The translations under genes were made by a program, and so were the position numbers. A stretch of DNA of 64,000 nt. Source: Anaerolineaceae bacterium (lineage in GTDB: Bacteria > Chloroflexota > Anaerolineae > Anaerolineales > Anaerolineaceae). The DNA is taken from NCBI GenBank assembly GCA_040769645.1, contig JAXGKP010000002.1, positions 10,754-74,753 of the forward strand, written 5' to 3'. Below are positions 26,878 through 35,152 of this stretch, in pieces. Position 1 is the stretch's first letter. Each line of letters begins with the position of its first letter. The notes under the pieces were generated by a model. The model had not been told where the DNA came from and made no database searches. It worked only from the letters and a program-made list of their open reading frames with translations.

Positions 26878-27684
26878 ATGATTTCTTCAATGGATTTACT
26901 CTCTTCTGGTTTGCTTGAGCACCCGTTTTTATATTACCCGGATACCCGCTTTTTTTATCCACAAATTGCTGAGCAGCGCCGTGTTCTTGAAGTTGCCTCC
27001 AGCTTTATTATGGACGAAAAGGATCCTTCAAAGAACCTGGGGGTCATCGCTGGAACGGTAGGCAGCGGGAAAAGTATGCTGGCGATGAAACTCGCCGCCA
27101 CGCGTTTCCTTGCCAGTTCACGCGGCTCAGTCCTGGGTTTGTACATGAATACCAATACGGTGACCGAACCCCGTCATTTTCTGATGGCGGTGATTGAAAC
27201 CTTAGGTCTCCCCTCCGCGCGTTCCAATGCCAACCGGATAGACAGCATATTGGACTATTTGGATGAGCATGACGATGAGTTGCTGCTGGTATTAGACGGC
27301 CCGCCGGTGGATCAGGAATATCTGACCCAACTGTTGTCCTGGTCTGTGGAACACACAAAGAAAATCCGAACGCTTATTTTTCTGCAGGACCTTAATAACA
27401 CAACCAGCAACATTGGCAGTCTTAATCAATTCCTCGGCTTGTATGTTCCTTTTCGGGCTCCCAGCCTGCAAGAGATTGCCAGTCTGCTTTACGGTCGGAT
27501 GAAGATGGCCGGTTTATTGGACCCGCTGACGCTTCTGCCGGAAATTGCCGCGTTGGAAATCGCTGAACAAGCCCGGGGTTCGCTTACCAACGCGCTGGCA
27601 CTATCCAAAACGTATCTTGAGGAGCAAATTGAGCTTCGGAAAAATCGTCTGCTCATTCCGGATATCAGTTTACGCGGCTTCTGA
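26878..27684 (+). CDS. ExeA/TniB-like AAA+ ATPase (AAA_22-type)
   Basis: N-terminal HPFLYYPDTRFFYPQIAEQRRVLEV matches the ExeA-type lead-in. Walker A GTVGSGKS, Walker B LLLVLDG. Confidence 0.7.
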   Translation: MISSMDLLSSGLLEHPFLYYPDTRFFYPQIAEQRRVLEVASSFIMDEKDPSKNLGVIAGTVGSGKSMLAMKLAATRFLASSRGSVLGLYMNTNTVTEPRHFLMAVIETLGLPSARSNANRIDSILDYLDEHDDELLLVLDGPPVDQEYLTQLLSWSVEHTKKIRTLIFLQDLNNTTSNIGSLNQFLGLYVPFRAPSLQEIASLLYGRMKMAGLLDPLTLLPEIAALEIAEQARGSLTNALALSKTYLEEQIELRKNRLLIPDISLRGF

Positions 27685-27790
27685 TCCTCGTAATTTCTGT
27701 GTGTATTACTGGCGCTTTGGATTATGCAAAGAGCAACCTTACAAATATTCTTATGGACATCGGTAATCTACTGAAAGCAGCTAAAGGTTC

Positions 27791-29950
27791 ATGATGAACT
27801 CGGATGGTAATTCCTGGCCGGACATTGAAGCGGCGTTGATCGCGACGCAAGACCCTGATCTTGCCCGGTTGTTGGATTCTTCCGATGTTACCTATAACGG
27901 CGCCTATCAACTTTCCGCGCCTCCCAGGGTATATGCCAGCCTCTGCCGTTATTACCCTATGATTGAAACCGTAGTTCAAGACCTGACCGGGAAGCAGTTC
28001 CAGCTTTCGCTCTCTCAAACTGTGCCCATGGGCACACTTCCACCTGATTCTGATGAGGCGGTTGACGAAGGTTTGATGAGTTTTGATCTGAGCTCTGCGG
28101 ATGTGACCGAAGCCATCCTGGCACCGGAATCCATCGCTGCAATTCCATCGTACACACTGCGGTTTGTTCCTTATGTCGGGTCGAGCGCGGTGTTAATCGC
28201 GAGCGCCTTGCGGCAGGCTTTTTATCGGCGTTCCCGGGAACACGGCGCTGACCAACTTTATCCCCGTCAGGGAGACGCGGTCACCATTGATGTGGACAGG
28301 CTGTTACAAATGCTCGGACGCGTATTCAGCCGGGCGACCTTCTTTCGCGTCTTTAAAAGCGGGGCTATGGATTGGTTCGTTCGTCGGGCAGACCCCGTTC
28401 ATCGCTTTGTGAATGGCAAGGTAATCCGCCAGGCGAATACCTATACTTATCGCGGTCTTCTGCTGACCCCCGGAGACGCGCAGGACCTTTTTGAGTGGCT
28501 TGTGAAATCGGGCGCCACCGAGGAACCGGCCGAAGCCCTCAAATTATCCATAGAGACCCCCAGAGATCAGATTTTGACCTTTCCTTACCGGGTTCCGGAT
28601 CCATTGCGAGATAAACGATTTGATTCTGCGGTTTCGGTGCATGAGGTCCTTCAATCCGTCATGGGAGCCTCCCGCCTGACCCCCGCGCTGGCTGGATTGT
28701 GTGACCGGCTTTCAGTTCATCTTATCCGCCCCGAAAGCTTTTTGGCTGTTCCCTGGTATTGGTTTCATCGCGTGCTGCCGGATCTTGGCGCCGATCTTGG
28801 AGTGCTTTATTTGATGAGTAAAAACTGTTGTTATATTGACTGGGCGCGCGGAAAAGATCGCAGCACTTTTTGGGTTTCCGGAGGGATGACAACCCTTCAA
28901 AAGTGGATCGGTTCTGAAACTTTGCCTGCTCGTATTCCGCATCAAAATCCAAGTTCCCGCGGGCGGCCGCGTAAGGAACAAGTGAGCGTGGAGTCGCAGT
29001 ATACCCGCGATTGGCGCGCGGCAAACCGTAAACTTGCCAGCCAATATCTTTGCCGGGTGGCAACCCGAGCTGGTAATAACGGCACCGACTGGCAGCTTCG
29101 GGTTGAAGAGGTGCGGCTTACGGCTTCGGATGAAATTCTTAAAGGCGCTTTGTATAGTTTCTTGCTTGGGGAGCACAGCGTACAAGCCTTGGAGGCGATC
29201 CGCGCTTTTTCTGCCGAGCCGCTTCTCAGACAGCTTTTATTGAACGCTTTACGCCTTGATCCCGTTCAAATTAGTCATTATGAGACCTTAGTAAAGCACG
29301 ATATTTGTCATTCTGAGACCTTAGCTGCTGATCAAATATGTCATTTTGATACTTTGGCAGACAGCCTAAATTGTCATTTTGAGACCCTTGTCCGAGCCGA
29401 TATTTGTCAATTTGACACGATAATTAAAATACTTATCAGACTCAAAGATTCCGCATTATTTCCAAATATGGCTAACCAACCAGATACAATCGCGGATCAA
29501 TCGACCGCGGTAATTGAAACCAATGAGGTGGTGGGTTATTTTACCGGAGCTGAATGGGATTTTGGCGTGATTTTGGAGAGGATTAATCCCAAATTGCGTG
29601 AGAGATTACTTACACCCTCACATCAGTCAAGGTTTCTTTCCTGGCTCATTTACGGCTGCTTAACTGATTCCATACACAGTCCGTTGAGTTTTGCGGTAAG
29701 CCGCACTTTGGAAAGCGCGGGCGATGCTGGCGGACCTGCCGTACGTTTGGCTGCCTTGCCCGCCGCGCAATTAGCCGGCCTTCTTTGGGATGAGCGACTG
29801 CGCGTTCAGGCGGGATACATCGGCAGAAACGTTTTCGCCCAAACCGGCGCGGAGGACCTGGAAGCGCTGCTGCTTTCAGCACCCGACAGCGCTAGCCGAA
29901 GCCGACTGCTCCAACGCGCGCTGGATGCGCTGGGTGTTCGGGCAGCCTAA
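27791..29950 (+). CDS. large hypothetical protein with two RepA_N/DnaD-like winged-helix-looking segments and an 11-residue Cys-His repeat block
   Basis: 719 aa. FLAVPWYWFHRVLPDLGADLGVLYLMSKNCCYIDWARGKDRSTFWVSGGMTTLQKWIG and RFVPYVGSSAVLIASALRQAFY...VTIDVDRLLQMLG resemble replication-initiator N-terminal domains; this is pattern recognition only. The repeat block is ISHYETLVKHD ICHSETLAADQ ICHFDTLADSL NCHFETLVRAD ICQFDTIIKIL. Confidence 0.55.
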   Translation: MMNSDGNSWPDIEAALIATQDPDLARLLDSSDVTYNGAYQLSAPPRVYASLCRYYPMIETVVQDLTGKQFQLSLSQTVPMGTLPPDSDEAVDEGLMSFDLSSADVTEAILAPESIAAIPSYTLRFVPYVGSSAVLIASALRQAFYRRSREHGADQLYPRQGDAVTIDVDRLLQMLGRVFSRATFFRVFKSGAMDWFVRRADPVHRFVNGKVIRQANTYTYRGLLLTPGDAQDLFEWLVKSGATEEPAEALKLSIETPRDQILTFPYRVPDPLRDKRFDSAVSVHEVLQSVMGASRLTPALAGLCDRLSVHLIRPESFLAVPWYWFHRVLPDLGADLGVLYLMSKNCCYIDWARGKDRSTFWVSGGMTTLQKWIGSETLPARIPHQNPSSRGRPRKEQVSVESQYTRDWRAANRKLASQYLCRVATRAGNNGTDWQLRVEEVRLTASDEILKGALYSFLLGEHSVQALEAIRAFSAEPLLRQLLLNALRLDPVQISHYETLVKHDICHSETLAADQICHFDTLADSLNCHFETLVRADICQFDTIIKILIRLKDSALFPNMANQPDTIADQSTAVIETNEVVGYFTGAEWDFGVILERINPKLRERLLTPSHQSRFLSWLIYGCLTDSIHSPLSFAVSRTLESAGDAGGPAVRLAALPAAQLAGLLWDERLRVQAGYIGRNVFAQTGAEDLEALLLSAPDSASRSRLLQRALDALGVRAA
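28021..28036. repeat. 16-bp perfect palindrome TGTGCCCATGGGCACA (copy 2)
   Basis: Lies inside the 5' part of the 719-aa ORF, with the same 22-nt block as at 25799-25821. Confidence 0.6.
29268..29422 (+). repeat. five tandem 33-bp repeats (iteron-like) inside the 719-aa ORF
   Basis: GTCA(T/A) cores at 29274, 29307, 29340, 29373 and 29406 give an exact 33-bp period. The core is roughly AT(T/A)TGTCATTTTGAGAC. The stretch is locally AT-rich. Confidence 0.85.
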
Positions 29951-30570
29951 ACTGCTTGCGCGCATAAACCTCTTCGGTCAGATGGATGGATGGCCGGGGA
30001 GAACAACACCCTAGGTTTAATTAATATGTAAGAGGGACGACCCCGGGCGCGAGGTTTGGAAGACAAAGGCTGAATATCACCCGCCTGGATAAAACCGATT
30101 GGCAAAAAAACTGACGAGATAAATACGGAATGATAAGCTCTCATTCAGGGTAAACCAATGAGGTGGAAAAGATTGGGGCGTGCTTCATTGTAGGCTGCTG
30201 CCTCCCAACGTTTGATAAGCAGAGAATTACAATCCAGGCATAAGAGAGTGCGAATTGGATATCAATCAGGGGAGAGTCATCGAACCGGTGGACGTGCCCA
30301 ACCGCCTTGCAACAGGGCCACCAGCTGCCTGATGATTATCTAGTTTCATTCTCTATACGCATTGCGCGTAGAATAATAACAGATTACCTCCTTTACGAGG
30401 GGTGTGTCCATGAAGTATCAGCTGCCGCGTGCCACGAACGGTGATAAAAAAAGCATCACTGTAATAGGATTGCGCATAGCATAATATCCCGTCTCTTTGT
30501 CACGCAAACGCTGGGGTGGGGGAGGATGTATGCGCTATAATTCCACAAAACAAGAAATCTTGGAGGCAGT

Positions 30571-31641
30571 ATGAATTACGCAGTCATTATGGCTGGCGGC
30601 GCTGGAACCCGTCTTTGGCCAATCTCCCGGGAGCGATTGCCAAAGCCCGCGCTTCGCCTTTACAGCGATGAGAGCATGTTTCAGATTGCCGTGAAAAGGC
30701 TCTCGCCTTTGTTTACACCTCAACAGGTTATCGTGGTGGCTGGCGCCGGGCATACTGCCGTCCTCTCAGAACAAGTCCCTGAGATCCCGCCGGAAAACTT
30801 CATCGTGGAACCGGAAGGGCGCGGCACCGCTTCTGCGATCGCCTTGACAGCTGTCCATCTGGCGGCACGCGACCCGGAAGCGACTATGGCAGTTTTAACC
30901 GCAGACCACTTTATCGGCAACGAGGTCGTCTTTCGCGAAGCCGTCGCTGCCGCTCTGACTGCTGCGGAAGATGACTGCCTGGTGACGTTAGGGATCACCC
31001 CGGAATTTCCTTCCACCGAGTACGGCTACATTCAACAAGGCCAGGTGCTTCGGGAGATCGCGGGCCATAAAGTTTTGGAAGCGCTGCGCTTTGTGGAAAA
31101 ACCAGACTTGGAACGCGCCAAAGAAATGCTCCAGTCTGGTGATTACTCATGGAACAGCGGGATGTTTATTTGGAAGGTCAGCGTTATCCTGGACGAATTT
31201 TCGCGCCAGATGCCCGAGCTGTTCGATCAGATTACTTGTATCGGCAGGGCAGTCAATACGCACGCTTACGCTGTCACCCTGGGGGAAACCTGGCCAAAAA
31301 TCCGCAAACAAACCATTGATTACGGCATTATGGAAGGGGCGCGCAAGGTGGTTGTTATTCCCGTCGCGATGCAGTGGACGGATGTGGGTAACTGGAACAG
31401 CCTGAAAGCGCTTCTACCGGAGGACGCACGGGGAAACACCATCCGGGGAGATGCGTTCTTGCTCGACTGTGATGGATCGCTCATTGTCGGCGCTCAAAAA
31501 CTGATCGCGGGTGTGGGCTTGGAAGATCTGATTGTGGTGGATACCCCAGACGCGCTTCTCGTCTGCCGCAAAGACCGAGTTCAGGACGTCCGAAAAATCG
31601 CGGATACTTTGAAAGCAGCCGGGCGGCTGGATTTAATTTAA
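30571..31641 (+). CDS. manC: mannose-1-phosphate guanylyltransferase (GDP-mannose pyrophosphorylase)
   Basis: MNYAVIMAGGAGTRLWPISRE..., 356 aa, GGAGG RBS. Confidence 0.85.
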   Translation: MNYAVIMAGGAGTRLWPISRERLPKPALRLYSDESMFQIAVKRLSPLFTPQQVIVVAGAGHTAVLSEQVPEIPPENFIVEPEGRGTASAIALTAVHLAARDPEATMAVLTADHFIGNEVVFREAVAAALTAAEDDCLVTLGITPEFPSTEYGYIQQGQVLREIAGHKVLEALRFVEKPDLERAKEMLQSGDYSWNSGMFIWKVSVILDEFSRQMPELFDQITCIGRAVNTHAYAVTLGETWPKIRKQTIDYGIMEGARKVVVIPVAMQWTDVGNWNSLKALLPEDARGNTIRGDAFLLDCDGSLIVGAQKLIAGVGLEDLIVVDTPDALLVCRKDRVQDVRKIADTLKAAGRLDLI

Positions 31642-31647
31642 TTATCT

Positions 31648-31675
31648 AGCCGGCGGGGCGAAACGGCTGGTTTTT
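31648..31675 (+). terminator. weak terminator after manC
   Basis: AGCCG...CGGCT stem followed by GGTTTTT. Confidence 0.35.
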
Positions 31676-31879
31676 GATCTCACACTGTCTTTTCAGCAGG
31701 ATGCCGGATAGGAAAGCAGCCGCGGCAAGTCCCACAGACCATCAGCCGAAAATAATCCGCGCGGGTTGTTGAACTAACAGACCTAAACCCCGGGCATGTT
31801 CACGAAATGCCGCACAAGTGTGTACGTTAGCTTTCTTTTCAAACCTGAATATGTAAAAATTCCGCCAGTGAGAGGTAAA

Positions 31880-32344
31880 ATGCGGATACCAAATAAGCAA
31901 CTGAATAGAAAGAACAGCGCGCTGCCGGTGGTATTGTTTCTGTTTGCGGCGCTCATCAGCCTGGGGGTATTGGTTTATCGGGGCGCGCGTGCTCTCGGCG
32001 GCAACCCGATAGTTAAATCGCAGGATGACGTTCCCCGCCTGACTGTTCAGGAAGCGTATCAAGCTGTCCGGGATGGAAAAGCGATACTGGTAGACACGCG
32101 TTCCGCTGAACAATACGCGGCGCAGCACGCGGCCGGCGCGATCAGCCTGCCGGTCTCCAACCTGGAGGCTAATCTCCCGGCTTTAGACCCAGAGCAGTGG
32201 TATATAACCTACTGCACCTGACCGGCTGAAAATACGAGCGCCCGTGCGGCGTTCCTGATGCTGCAAGCAGGTTTTTCCAAAGTCAACCCGATAAAAGGCG
32301 GCTTTGAAGCCTGGATAAATGCCGGCTATCCTACCGAACCATAG
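31880..32344 (+). CDS. membrane-anchored rhodanese-domain protein interrupted by an in-frame TGA at the catalytic Cys position (candidate selenoprotein or very recent pseudogene)
   Basis: The ORF track stops at TGA 32219-32221 (...WYITYCT*). The same frame continues for 40 codons (PAENTSARAAFLMLQAGFSKVNPIKGGFEAWINAGYPTEP) to TAG 32342-32344, which completes the rhodanese fold. The likely start is MRIPNKQ at 31880. Confidence 0.55.
32236..32254 (+). promoter_or_regulatory. hairpin 14 nt downstream of the in-frame TGA (possible bacterial SECIS-like element)
   Basis: GAGCGCC-CGUGC-GGCGUUC, a 7-bp stem including one G-U pair, with G at loop position 2. Confidence 0.25.
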
Positions 32345-32469
32345 GACCGCGTCGCAATCAGTTGAGCCTGTTGTGTAATCCTTTTCGCCCTGGATAACAA
32401 GCTGCTCTGATGTAATTTGCATCAGGGCATTATAAAATCGGGAAATCACCCCTGAAGGCACAACGGAGC

Positions 32470-33200
32470 ATGGATATGAAACGCAGGGCGCGAAGAATTA
32501 CGGCTTTCATTAGTTTCCTTCTATTTCCAATTACCCTGAATTTCTTTTCTTCTTATGTCAGGATTGACGGCGCGTTGAACGGGATTATCTAGGGCAGCCT
32601 GATCGTCTTCCTGATCATGTTTTTGACCGGTTTGTTTTTAGGACGTGCCGGTGTTCATATGTTTGTCTGTGGGCGGCGCCCTCGGAATATCTTCAAGCAG
32701 TCAATAACCGGCCCGTAAATCGCAAACACCTGGCAGTCCTTCGCTATGCGATCTTTGGTTTCTGGTTTGGGGCTGTGATTGTCTCGTTTCTCCTGGCAGG
32801 CGGGATTCGCGGCATTAATCCGCTTCACCTGACTGAGACAGGCGTTTCTGTGGACGTCCCGCTTAAGTATATAACCTATTACATGGTTGTCCTCCTGCTT
32901 TTCTTACTGACCTGGTTGATCGGCAGACGGGGCGCTTGCCATGCCATATGTTGGATGTCACCCTTTCTCGTTGCGGGTACCTGGCTTGGCCGGAAGCTGC
33001 GCATGCCGCAGTTTAAGGTGTATTCAGAGACTGAAAAATGTATCGCTTGCGGTAAATGCACGCGCGATTGCCCGATGAGTATTGATGTAGAGCAGGAACA
33101 AAAGGCAGGCTTGGTGGCAAGTTTTGATTGCATTCTCTGCGGTAATTGCGTGGATGTATGCCCGAAAGACGTTCTAAAAATCAAAGCAAGCCGACACTAA
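32470..33200 (+). pseudogene. decayed membrane-bound 4Fe-4S-binding protein gene (NapH/polyferredoxin-like)
   Basis: MKRRARRITAFISFLLFPITLNFFSSYVRIDGALNGII runs into TAG at 32590-32592. The reading frame then shifts at least once before the intact tail (ORF 32775..33200), which carries CIACGKCTRDCP and CILCGNCVDVCP. Confidence 0.6.
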
Positions 33201-33255
33201 GGGCAGGCTCTCTAAGCTGCCGGCCGCTTTCTGACTTCTCATTAATCGAGATTAG

Positions 33256-33310
33256 CTTAAAAACACTGCACCCCCTCGTTCGGTTTTGATGCCGACTTTG
33301 GGGGTGCAGT
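33256..33310 (-). terminator. terminator after glnA
   Basis: ACTGCACCCCC...GGGGGTGCAGT (11-bp stem with an internally paired loop), followed on the minus strand by GTTTTTAAGC. Confidence 0.6.
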
Positions 33311-33338
33311 TGGTTAGGCGAACTTTATATCAGGCTGA

Positions 33339-34757
33339 TTAGCAGTCGTAATAAGTTTCAATCTCAAACGGGCTGGGACGCTGATTAACCTGGTCTGCCT
33401 CTTTTCTTTTGGCATTAACCCAGGTTCGAATCAGAGTCTCGTCAAAAATCCCAGATTCCGTGAGGAAAGAAGCACCGTTTTCCAGAGCGCTCATGGCCGC
33501 ATCCACCGAGGTAGGAAGAGACTTAATCGTTGCCCGCCGCTCTTCAGACCAATCAAAGATATTGTCGTAAATCGGTCCAAAGCCCGCTTCGGTCGGATCG
33601 ATGCCTGCCTGGATACCAGCCAGCCCAGCCATCAGCATGGCTGCCATAGAAAGGTAGGCGTTGCCGGTGGCATCGGGTGGCCGAAATTCCATCCGGACTG
33701 CATCAGGGGCGGTGGCATATTTCGGGATACGGATGGCCGCGCTGCGGTTGGCAACGGAAAAAATGGCTTTGATTGGCGCTTCGAAGCCGGGCACCAACCG
33801 GCGGTATGAGTTGGGGCTGGGGTTGGTGAAGGCCATCACCGCCGGGGCGTGCGTGAGCAGCCCTCCGATATACCGCAAGGCAGTCTGGCTGAGCAATGAC
33901 AAGCCGTCAGGGTCATAAAACTGGTTTACGCCGTTTTTGGTCAGCATCTGATGATAGTGCGTGCTGCTGCCAGCCAACCCGTAAATCGGCTTGGGAAGGA
34001 ATGTGGCGGTTTTTCCTGCGCGCATGGCTATCATCTTGACGACGTACTTCACAAGCAATGCAGTATCCCCCGCCTCGGTTATGCCCAGCAAAGGCGTTTC
34101 AATTTCGGATTGTCCGGGACCGCCAACTTCGTGATGATGGTATTTGACGGGGACACCGAGTTTTTCGAGGGTGACGACGATTTCGTCCCGGATTTGGTAG
34201 TAGTTATCGCAGGGTGGTGCGGCTTGATAGGCCTGATTATCCGGAAGGGAGTAACCATTGGGATTGATGAAGGTGCCCCAGTTTGCCTCCCCAGAGTCTA
34301 TCTGACACAAGGTGTATGCGGGACTGTTTTTCAGGGTAATCCGGTCAAAGATATAGAACTCAAACTCCGGACCCCACAGCGATTTATCCGCGATGCCGCT
34401 TGAAATCAGCTTTTGTTCAGCTCGGCGGGCAATTTCGCGCGGGTCAAACAGATATAGCTCCTTGGTATCTGCCTCATATACGCTGCACAGGCAGGCAAGG
34501 GTGGGCTGGCTGTGGAAAGGGTCCACAAAGGCTGTACCCAGGTCAGGGATAAGCACCATATCGCCGGCATTCACGTGTTTGAACCCCACGCTGGAACCGT
34601 CAAAGCCGACGCCTTCTGTCATCGCTTCCTGAGTGAATTCTCTGGATGTCAGGGTGACGTGGTGCAGGTTCCCCCACAGGTCGCAGTACAGCAAGTCAAT
34701 CAATTCGATGTGTTGTGCGCGGACAAAATCGCGCGCTTCTTTGAATGAAGAAAACAT
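33339..34757 (-). CDS. glnA: glutamine synthetase, type I
   Basis: 472 aa with GS-I beta-grasp and catalytic-domain motifs (GFDGSSVGF, PEFEFYIF, KYHHHEVGGPGQSEIE, NSYRRLVPGFEAP). GAGGAG RBS. Confidence 0.9.
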   Translation of the reverse strand: MFSSFKEARDFVRAQHIELIDLLYCDLWGNLHHVTLTSREFTQEAMTEGVGFDGSSVGFKHVNAGDMVLIPDLGTAFVDPFHSQPTLACLCSVYEADTKELYLFDPREIARRAEQKLISSGIADKSLWGPEFEFYIFDRITLKNSPAYTLCQIDSGEANWGTFINPNGYSLPDNQAYQAAPPCDNYYQIRDEIVVTLEKLGVPVKYHHHEVGGPGQSEIETPLLGITEAGDTALLVKYVVKMIAMRAGKTATFLPKPIYGLAGSSTHYHQMLTKNGVNQFYDPDGLSLLSQTALRYIGGLLTHAPAVMAFTNPSPNSYRRLVPGFEAPIKAIFSVANRSAAIRIPKYATAPDAVRMEFRPPDATGNAYLSMAAMLMAGLAGIQAGIDPTEAGFGPIYDNIFDWSEERRATIKSLPTSVDAAMSALENGASFLTESGIFDETLIRTWVNAKRKEADQVNQRPSPFEIETYYDC

Positions 34758-34801
34758 AGGCTCCTCTACGCAATGGATTGGGTGAGTGTCATCGCGTTTG
34801 A

Positions 34802-34830
34802 ATTATAACAAGAAGCAGGTGTTGAATGAA
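34802..34830 (-). promoter_or_regulatory. candidate glnA promoter with extended -10
   Basis: Minus strand reads TTCATT, 17 nt (ending TGT), TATAAT. Confidence 0.35.
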
Positions 34831-35152
34831 TGGGTTTTTCCAACCGCGTGCGCTTCAAATCCGTAATCTAGGAAAACCAATCAAAATGCTTTGCTGTGTT
34901 TGGCAAATTAGCCCCAAGGCGGCTGAGAGATACCCTTGCCCCTGTCGTTATTTGGCGGCTCTGTTGGGGGCTGAAGGCCAAAACCCGCGCTGCTGCTCGT
35001 GACCGCTTTTCTTCCACAGGTAAAACCCAGCCCCAGAAGGCAAACTATTCAAGCGCTGATTGAAGACACCCAAATTCTTTTAATTCACGGAATTTCGACA
35101 GGGGTGCTGACTATGGAATTGAATTGGGGAGCGGATTCGATGAGGCTCAGAC

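Noticed and set aside
24384-29422. Reading the TGTCATTTTGAGAC repeats as Tn7/Mu-like transposon end sites, given the adjacent TniB/ExeA-like ATPase
   Set aside because: The orphan copy and the array are in direct rather than inverted orientation, and no transposase or TniQ-like gene is present. The array is also internal to an ORF rather than at an element boundary.
32590-32592. In-frame TAG in the polyferredoxin-like gene as pyrrolysine or programmed read-through
   Set aside because: The gene also has at least one frameshift downstream, so plain decay or assembly error explains it. No pyl context is visible.
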